Below, in pieces: positions 57,603 to 64,000 of a DNA stretch of 64,000 nucleotides. Every line of letters starts with the position of its first letter. Positions within the stretch are counted from its first letter, which is position 1. Below the pieces are notes generated by a model. The model was not told the DNA's origin, did not search any database, and was given only the letters and a program-made list of their open reading frames with translations. Origin of the DNA: Bacillota bacterium (GTDB lineage Bacteria > Bacillota > Clostridia > Christensenellales > Aristaeellaceae); contig JAFADG010000045.1 of assembly GCA_023425025.1 (NCBI GenBank), forward strand, positions 8,172-72,171. The letters run 5' to 3'. A program made the position numbers and the translations under genes.

Positions 57603-58565
57603 ATGAAGGCACAACTTGCGCACAGCGCACCTGCCAGCCTGCGCGGCAGCGGTCTGGCACGGCGAATTTGGAAAAAACGGCACGCCTATTACTTTCTATT
57701 GCCCGGTCTTATATTCTTTGTCCTCTTTGCTTACACGCCCATGGCCGGCCTGATTTTGTCCTTTAAAAAATACAGTGCCAGGCTTGGCATCTTTGCAAGT
57801 CCCGGGGTTGGCTGGGATAATTTCCAGCGCATCTTTATTACGCCTCTGGCTTTAAAATCCATCATAAATACCCTGACCATCAGCCTGGGACGCATCTTGT
57901 TCGAATTTCCGGCACCTATCCTTTTGGCGCTGCTGCTCAACGAAATGCGCGGCAGCCGGACAAAGCGCCTGTACCAGACCGTATTTACATTCCCCCATTT
58001 TCTCTCCTGGGTCATTGTCTCCATTATTCTGCAGGACTTTTTGGGCAGCAGCGGCGCCGTCAATTACATGCTTAACGGCCTGGGCCTTGAAAAAGTCAAT
58101 TTTCTCTCCACCCCCGGTTATTTCCGAACCTTGCTGTACGGCACCTCCGTGTGGAAAACCATGGGTTGGTCGGCCATTATCTACATCGCCTCGATATCCG
58201 GCGTCGGCGTGGAGCTGTACGAGGCTGCCGCCATTGATGGCGCCGGCCGGCTGCGGCGAATCTGGCATGTTACGCTGCCCTGCATCAAGACAACCATCAT
58301 TATCATGCTGATTTTGAAAATCGGCAAGTCCATGAACGCAGGTTTTGACCAGGTATTCAATCTTCGCAATTCCGTTGTAAAGAATGTTGCCGACATCATT
58401 GATACGTATGTGTACGATATCACTTTCCAGTCCACGCCCAATTACGGCTTTTCTACCGCGGTCGGCATGTTCAAATCGGTCATCAACGCGCTGCTTTTGC
58501 TGCTTGCAGACTTTGGCAGCAAAAAATTGTTCGGCATGGGCCTGTTTGGCGCGGAAAGGGAGTAA
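57603..58565 (+). CDS. carbohydrate ABC transporter permease (LplB/YesP type)
   Basis: Polytopic, with EAA loop YEAAAIDGAGRLRRIWHVTLP. AAGGGAG ribosome-binding site. Confidence 0.88.
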   Translation: MKAQLAHSAPASLRGSGLARRIWKKRHAYYFLLPGLIFFVLFAYTPMAGLILSFKKYSARLGIFASPGVGWDNFQRIFITPLALKSIINTLTISLGRILFEFPAPILLALLLNEMRGSRTKRLYQTVFTFPHFLSWVIVSIILQDFLGSSGAVNYMLNGLGLEKVNFLSTPGYFRTLLYGTSVWKTMGWSAIIYIASISGVGVELYEAAAIDGAGRLRRIWHVTLPCIKTTIIIMLILKIGKSMNAGFDQVFNLRNSVVKNVADIIDTYVYDITFQSTPNYGFSTAVGMFKSVINALLLLLADFGSKKLFGMGLFGAERE

Positions 58566-58569
58566 TACG

Positions 58570-59439
58570 GTGAAAAAAAAGCGGTTTGAAGCCCTGGATA
58601 TTATCAGCTTTATCCTACTTACACTGCTGCTGGTGATTGTTGTACTGCCTTTCTATTCTGCGTTTGTAACATCCCTGACCTCCAGCGCGTCCTACGCCCG
58701 TTCTCCGGTCCAGCTTTTTCCCCATGAATTTTCCTTGGATAGTTACCGGTACGTATTCCAAAACGCATCCTTGCTGGCCGGCTACAGCAACACCATATTT
58801 ATTACAGTCATTGGTGTGGCCTTATCCATGATCGTGTCCCTGACGACGGCATATGGCCTGTCCTACAAGGATTATCCGGGGAAGAAGCTGATGTTCATCC
58901 TTGTGCTGATCCCCATGTATTTTTCCGGCGGCCTGCTGCCAACGTACCTATTGATGAAGAATTTAGACATGCTTAATAACCCCTGGGGCATTATCCTTTT
59001 GTGCGGCGTGACACCCTTTAATATTATTATCATCAAAAACGGCATTGATCAGCTTCCCGACGAGTTGTCTGAGGCGGCGCGCATAGACGGAGCGGGTGAA
59101 TTCTTCATCTTTGCGCGGGTATTGGTACCGCTTCTGGCGCCCGTCATCGCCACCTTCTCACTGTTCTATGCCGTGGATTACTGGAACGAATGGTTCTGGT
59201 CCATGCTGCTTTTGACAAAGCCGGAGGCCAAGACGCTTCAAATCATGCTTCGATCCATCGTATCCAGTTCCCAGGACGCCGCCTCGGGTTCCGTAGCCGC
59301 CGCTTACGACAATGTCGCCTTCTCCCAGGGCATAAAAATGGCCGCTGTGGTCGTGGCCATGCTTCCGATCATGCTGGTATACCCTTTCCTGCAAAAACAT
59401 TTTGCCAAGGGCATGCTGGTGGGAGCCGTAAAGATGTAA
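58570..59439 (+). CDS. carbohydrate ABC transporter permease (LplC/YesQ type)
   Basis: EAA loop SEAARIDGAGEFFIFARVLVPL. In-frame GTG at 58570, 8 nt after AAGGGAG. The track start at 58384 lies inside the previous gene. Confidence 0.85.
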   Translation: MKKKRFEALDIISFILLTLLLVIVVLPFYSAFVTSLTSSASYARSPVQLFPHEFSLDSYRYVFQNASLLAGYSNTIFITVIGVALSMIVSLTTAYGLSYKDYPGKKLMFILVLIPMYFSGGLLPTYLLMKNLDMLNNPWGIILLCGVTPFNIIIIKNGIDQLPDELSEAARIDGAGEFFIFARVLVPLLAPVIATFSLFYAVDYWNEWFWSMLLLTKPEAKTLQIMLRSIVSSSQDAASGSVAAAYDNVAFSQGIKMAAVVVAMLPIMLVYPFLQKHFAKGMLVGAVKM

Positions 59440-59537
59440 TCCATTTGGCGGAGGCCAACAGATGATATTTTACAGGGAAGGAGGGGAGGCGGTAGTTTTT
59501 CTGGAATCAAAATAAAGGATATTAGGAGGATGCACCG

Positions 59538-61067
59538 ATGAAACGGATTTTCGCGCTGCTGCTCACCTGCATGATGGTTTTTGCGCTCGCCCAGGCGATG
59601 GCGGAAGCACCCAAGGATCGCGTCTCTTTTTCAGCAACCTACTACCAAAGCGCACAGGCTCAAAAGGATGCGGTGTACGATTACTTTGCCAATAAGTTTA
59701 ACGTGGATATAGATATGATCGGCGTTTCTCCCGACAGTCTTGCCGAAACAAACAACATCATGATCCCCGCGGGCACCATGTACGATTGGATGCTGTGGGA
59801 TTTTAATTACGCCACCTATCTTTCCTATGTTGATCAGGGCCTTTTAAAGCCCCTGCCCAAGGGCTGGGAGGAGAATTACCCCAACCTGTACGGCGCCATG
59901 AAGGCCAGCGGCATACTGGAAAGGCTGTATGTCAACGGCGAGGCATATGCCATTCCTAAAACGATCTACTACAATTTTGCAAAGGGCGATACCGCCCTCT
60001 GGCACATGATGCTCTACTACCGCGCCGATTGGCTTGCGGCATTGGGCTTTGAGCCTTGGGGCGACACCGTTGCCATCTCCCAGGTCATGGAGTTTATAAA
60101 AGCCGCCGTGGAAAAGGATATGGCCGGCAACGCCAATACCATCGGCCTGTGCGGCAGCACCGCCCACCTGACTTCCATGTTCATGCAGATGCACAACGGC
60201 TACTATGATTCTTTTGCAAAAGTGGACGGCCAGTATATCTGGGGTCCCACCCTGCCCGCCACGGTGGAAGGCATCGCCTATGTCAAGGACCTGTACTCGA
60301 AAAAGCTTTTGGATCCCGACTTTTATCTGGCTACGAGGGATGCGGCGCAAAACCTGTTCTGCTCCGGCATGGCGGCCGGCGTTTTCACCAACGGCACCGT
60401 TTCCAACTATACTTCCATTTTAAAAAACAGCCAGGCTGCCGGTATTGCCGATGCTCAAGAGAATGTGAAGAGCGTTGTGGTCACCGATGATCAGGGTGTA
60501 TGGCGCGGCGCAGAAACCGGAAACTATTGGCTGGCCTCCATTTTCTCCCCCTCCCTGGATGACGCGAAATTCGAGCGCATTCTTTCCCTGATTGATTACC
60601 TCTTCACCGAGGAAGCGGAATTGATTATCAACATGGGTCTGGAAGGCGTTGACTGGGAGAAAAAGGCCGACGGCGGATACACGATTTTGATGGATTCCTC
60701 CTACGCCAACGTTCGTGAAAAGTATCCCTCCTGCTGGTTCTGGCGCTTTATGGCCCTGTGCCCCGATGAGTTCTCGCTGGTGAATCCCGCTGAAAACCAG
60801 GTGGTGCAGCAGGCGGTCAACGCGGCCTATTCCGCCCGGGCAGCCTCTGCCGCCCAAAACGGCTTTATCAAGCTGGACTACAACGTAAGCTTCCTGGGCA
60901 CCCAGGCCAAGGCCGATTATTCGGTGAATATTTTGGATGAAGTGGTGCGCATCGTTGTGGATGAAAAGATTACGGCAAACGATATCGCTGCGCAATGGAA
61001 TACATTCATTGAAAACTACCGCCAGATCTGGCAGCCGGTAGTAGATGACCTGAATGCCATACAATAA
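59538..61067 (+). CDS. extracellular solute-binding protein (LplA-like, about 500 aa)
   Basis: Signal peptide MKRIFALLLTCMMVFALAQAMA. Size and position match those of large family-1 sugar-binding proteins. TAGGAGGA ribosome-binding site. Confidence 0.8.
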   Translation: MKRIFALLLTCMMVFALAQAMAEAPKDRVSFSATYYQSAQAQKDAVYDYFANKFNVDIDMIGVSPDSLAETNNIMIPAGTMYDWMLWDFNYATYLSYVDQGLLKPLPKGWEENYPNLYGAMKASGILERLYVNGEAYAIPKTIYYNFAKGDTALWHMMLYYRADWLAALGFEPWGDTVAISQVMEFIKAAVEKDMAGNANTIGLCGSTAHLTSMFMQMHNGYYDSFAKVDGQYIWGPTLPATVEGIAYVKDLYSKKLLDPDFYLATRDAAQNLFCSGMAAGVFTNGTVSNYTSILKNSQAAGIADAQENVKSVVVTDDQGVWRGAETGNYWLASIFSPSLDDAKFERILSLIDYLFTEEAELIINMGLEGVDWEKKADGGYTILMDSSYANVREKYPSCWFWRFMALCPDEFSLVNPAENQVVQQAVNAAYSARAASAAQNGFIKLDYNVSFLGTQAKADYSVNILDEVVRIVVDEKITANDIAAQWNTFIENYRQIWQPVVDDLNAIQ

Positions 61068-61140
61068 CTCACATTAATACATAGGTGCGGATTGCCTTTT
61101 CCGGCAGTCCGCACCCAAGTGTTCTTCGGGAGATGAGATC

Positions 61141-61872
61141 GTGGAAAAATATACGTGCATCATCGTAGATGATGACAAATGGGCGCTGACCGACATGCGG
61201 AGCAATATTGCCTTTGACAAAGCGGGCTTTCGCCTGACAGGGGAATATCTGAATGCCAAGGATGCGTTGGCTGCCATTTCCGCCAATCCTCCCGATCTTG
61301 TCATCACCGATATCCGCATGGGGGAAACCAGCGGGCTGGACCTGGTGGATGAATGCCGCCGGCGCGGCTGCCCCTCCTTGTTTGTGATTATCAGCGGCCA
61401 TTCCGACTTTGAATATGCCCAACGGGCGCTGAACAATGGTGTCTGCCACTTTATGCTCAAGCCTGTGGATGCAGGCGAAGGCCTGCGCGTGCTCCTGAAA
61501 ATACGGGACCTGCTGGCCAATAAAAACGTTGCCGAAGTATCCCACCATGGTGCCATGAATGATATTATGCAATATATGCGCAAACAGTATCATCAACGGC
61601 TGACCCTGGAGGATGTGGCGGACCATTTTTTTATGAACAAAACCTATCTCTCTGAGCTGTTTAAAAAGGAAACGGGCAAGAGCTTCGTGCAGTTCAAGAA
61701 TGAAGTGCGGGTGGAAAGGGCAAAGGTGCTGTTACGAAACACGGATGAGTTGATCAGCACCATTTCTCAGCAATGCGGCTTCGAGGACGCTGGATATTTT
61801 TCCACCGTATTTAAGCTCATGACGCAGCTGACGCCCCAACAATACCGGAATGAAAAAACGAATGACCGATAA
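61141..61872 (+). CDS. response regulator with AraC-type output domain (YesN-like)
   Basis: Receiver domain (IIVDDD ... LVITDIRM) plus a C-terminal AraC HTH (ISQQCGFEDAGYFSTVFKLMTQLTPQQYR). GTG start. Confidence 0.88.
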   Translation: MEKYTCIIVDDDKWALTDMRSNIAFDKAGFRLTGEYLNAKDALAAISANPPDLVITDIRMGETSGLDLVDECRRRGCPSLFVIISGHSDFEYAQRALNNGVCHFMLKPVDAGEGLRVLLKIRDLLANKNVAEVSHHGAMNDIMQYMRKQYHQRLTLEDVADHFFMNKTYLSELFKKETGKSFVQFKNEVRVERAKVLLRNTDELISTISQQCGFEDAGYFSTVFKLMTQLTPQQYRNEKTNDR

Positions 61873-61893
61873 CTTGATTGTGGAGGAGCCAAT

Positions 61894-63156
61894 ATGGAAT
61901 TTATTCGCCGCGCACGGGATGGCGGGGTTTATGATGTAATTGTATGCGGAGCAGGGCCGGCGGGCGTAGGCGCGGCATTAAGTGCCGCGCGCAAAGGGCT
62001 GAAGGTGCTGCTTTTGGAGTATGCCGGATGCGTTGGGGGTTGCTGGACCAGCAGCCTGATGAGTATTGCGCTGGACATGCCCGGGAAAGGCGGCATCCCC
62101 CGTGAGATCATGAATCACCTGATGTCAAAAGGCAAAGCGCAATGGGCCGATGAGGAAAGCTACGTATACGACGCAGAGGCCATGAAGCATCTATTGGAAC
62201 AGAAGCTGACCCAGGCAAAAGTGGATATTTCGCTGCTCACCCGTGTCACCGCCGTACAAACCGAACAAGGACGGATACAGGCCATTCTGGCCGATAGCTT
62301 TGATGCCTGCGCCTACCGTGCCCGGTGGTTTGTGGACGCGACAGGCCACGGTACCCTTGCCGCGCTGGCGGGATGCAGCTATCAGGCAGGTTATCCCAAT
62401 AGCTCAAAAAAGCAGCCGGCAAGCCTGGAAGCCCTGGTTACCGGTGTACCGGACAGCTGGCACAGTGACATTCACAATCCCGAAAGAAAGCGCACCTTCC
62501 GCAGCCTTCTTCAGTCTGTGGGCATTGAGTGCACCTACCCTTCTCCGCTGCTGTTTCAAACAGCACCCACCTCAAAGTGCTGGAAGTTTGCCATCAATCA
62601 GCAATATGGCGTGGATATTGAACAGCCGGGCAGCATCACTCAGGCCACGATTGCCGCCCGGGATGAAATCAACCGGGCTGTGGAAGCCTTGCGGACCCTG
62701 CCCGGTTGGGAGAACCTCACCCTGACAACCACCGCGGAACAAATCGGTCTTCGGGACAACAGGCGCGTCGAGGGGTTTTACCGGATTACGGGGGAAGACT
62801 GTCTTGCGGGAAAAACCTTCCCGGACGGCGTGGTTCCTGTACATTTCTTTATCGATGTTCACGAGCTTTCCTCTTCCGGCCATGTAGACGATGGTATCAG
62901 CAATCAAAAAACCCTTCCTTACCAGATTCCTATGCGATGCCTTGTATCCCGGGATATCAGCAACCTGTTTATGGCTGGAAGATGCCTTTCGGGAGATTTC
63001 TTCGCCCATGCATCTTACCGTATGACCAATACAGCCTGCGCCACAGGGGAAGCGGTGGGCATGGCGATTTCCAGCCTTGGCGCGCAGCAAAGCCATGCGG
63101 CACTGGATGGGTCTGGCGTACGCAATGCCATGTGTGAGGCGGGATATACGCTGTGA
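61894..63156 (+). CDS. FAD-dependent oxidoreductase
   Basis: YDVIVCGAGPAGVGAALSAARKG dinucleotide-binding motif. 420 aa. Co-oriented with the sugar-uptake locus. GGAGGAG ribosome-binding site. Confidence 0.75.
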   Translation: MEFIRRARDGGVYDVIVCGAGPAGVGAALSAARKGLKVLLLEYAGCVGGCWTSSLMSIALDMPGKGGIPREIMNHLMSKGKAQWADEESYVYDAEAMKHLLEQKLTQAKVDISLLTRVTAVQTEQGRIQAILADSFDACAYRARWFVDATGHGTLAALAGCSYQAGYPNSSKKQPASLEALVTGVPDSWHSDIHNPERKRTFRSLLQSVGIECTYPSPLLFQTAPTSKCWKFAINQQYGVDIEQPGSITQATIAARDEINRAVEALRTLPGWENLTLTTTAEQIGLRDNRRVEGFYRITGEDCLAGKTFPDGVVPVHFFIDVHELSSSGHVDDGISNQKTLPYQIPMRCLVSRDISNLFMAGRCLSGDFFAHASYRMTNTACATGEAVGMAISSLGAQQSHAALDGSGVRNAMCEAGYTL

Positions 63157-63214
63157 TGTCCACTTTGTAGTGCTCTTAAAACGGGAATGGCTTTCCGCCT
63201 GACCATCAGACATA

Positions 63215-63236
63215 GAGCAACTCCTATTTGTTGCTC
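63215..63236 (+). terminator. weak hairpin after the FAD oxidoreductase gene
   Basis: GAGCAAC / GTTGCTC stem with a poor T-tract. Confidence 0.3.
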
Positions 63237-63387
63237 ACTTTCTGGAATTGGCATGACTACTATATTTCGCCGGACTTGCGCAACAATGGCTTTGTGCCCT
63301 GTGGCAACAAAATCATGAGTGTTAACCCCAGGGTCTGAGAAGGACAGGCAAATGATTGCTTAATGCCATCCCCAACTATCCCATATC

Positions 63388-63431
63388 AAAAGCCTGCCAT
63401 TAGATTTGCGAAAAATCTGATGGCAGGCTTT
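63388..63431. other. long, nearly perfect hairpin (about 19 bp) of unknown role
   Basis: AAAGCCTGCCATTAGATTT gcgaa AAATCTGATGGCAGGCTTT. Lies between the sugar locus and the IS3 remnant. Confidence 0.5.
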
Positions 63432-63687
63432 CCTGACATTTTTGCCATCAAAAAGACATCCGAAACAATAAAAAACCGGTCTCAGACATCGGTGTAAACT
63501 CTTGATTTATCAAGCTTTTTTGGCTCGCGTTGGGCTTTCAAGACCAGCTCCATCAACCGCTCGGCTATCTCTCCATGTTTTACGAACCAGCGAAGACGAT
63601 TATACTTGAGTTTTTGGGCAGACCCCCCAATTGGTTAAGTCAATGTTCAGATGAGCATACAATATCCGTCAGCCGGATGAGACATTA

Positions 63688-63957
63688 ATTTTCCATACTG
63701 ACCGTGGGCCAAACTATAGATCTTAAACATTCTGCGATTATTTGAAGGCGCTGCATATTACTCAATCGTTTGCACGAGCATATGTACCTTATGATAATTC
63801 TGTTATAGAATCCTTCTTCGCATCCATGAAGCGAGAAGAACCATATCGTACCAAATATCGCTCTGAAAAAGAGTATCGTAATGCCATAGACAAATACATA
63901 GGCTTTTGCAATGCAAAGCGCCCACACACAAAACTGCAATACAAGACACCTTTATAG
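63688..63957 (+). pseudogene. IS3-family transposase (OrfB/rve) C-terminal remnant with an in-frame stop
   Basis: Reads IFHTDRGPNYRS*TFCDYLKALHITQSFARAYVPYDNSVIESFFASMKREE...RPHTKLQYKTP. The DDE-integrase blocks H(S/T)DRG and DN..(I/A)ESFF are present. TAA at 63724-63726. No intact N-terminal or catalytic portion lies upstream. Confidence 0.75.
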
Positions 63958-64000
63958 GCTGAAGCTGAATATGTAAGCAAACAAACAGGTTTCAAATGAC

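Overview
This 64-kb chromosomal segment comes from a high-GC genome, roughly 57-60% GC inside genes. Gene content suggests Firmicutes/Clostridia, which is an inference, not a database hit. Coding density is high and most genes are core metabolism.

Left to right:
- A FabT-like/fabH/acpP/fabK/fabD/fabG fatty-acid synthesis operon, on the minus strand.
- A low-GC orphan gene.
- A WYL-type regulator with a flavin-reductase-like gene.
- A GH2 beta-galactosidase with a divergent AraC regulator.
- adhE with a Rex-like box upstream.
- gltB-gltD.
- An XRE/small-ORF pair.
- A six-gene polyamine operon (speD, speA-type decarboxylase, speE, speB, carboxy(nor)spermidine dehydrogenase and decarboxylase).
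- A methyltransferase, a pirin, and an AraC-HTH/ClpP pair.
- A cluster in which hypB and hypA bracket a 912-aa Fe-S flavoprotein, next to a polytopic membrane protein and a divergent GntR regulator.
- Several small genes.
- A TetR-controlled heterodimeric ABC exporter.
- Two PstS-like secreted proteins, one of them frameshifted.
- recQ.
- A Big_2-CHAP cell-wall hydrolase.
- A YesM/YesN plus LplABC-type sugar uptake locus with an FAD oxidoreductase.
- An IS3 transposase remnant at the right edge.

I saw no rRNA, tRNA or CRISPR array.

The points most worth a second look:
- The orphan hypB-flavoprotein-hypA cluster.
- Two families of structured intergenic repeats. A copy of one has been fused onto the 3' end of hypB.
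- A roughly 400-nt leader with a terminator in front of speD.
- A promoter-to-terminator unit of about 370 nt with no convincing ORF.
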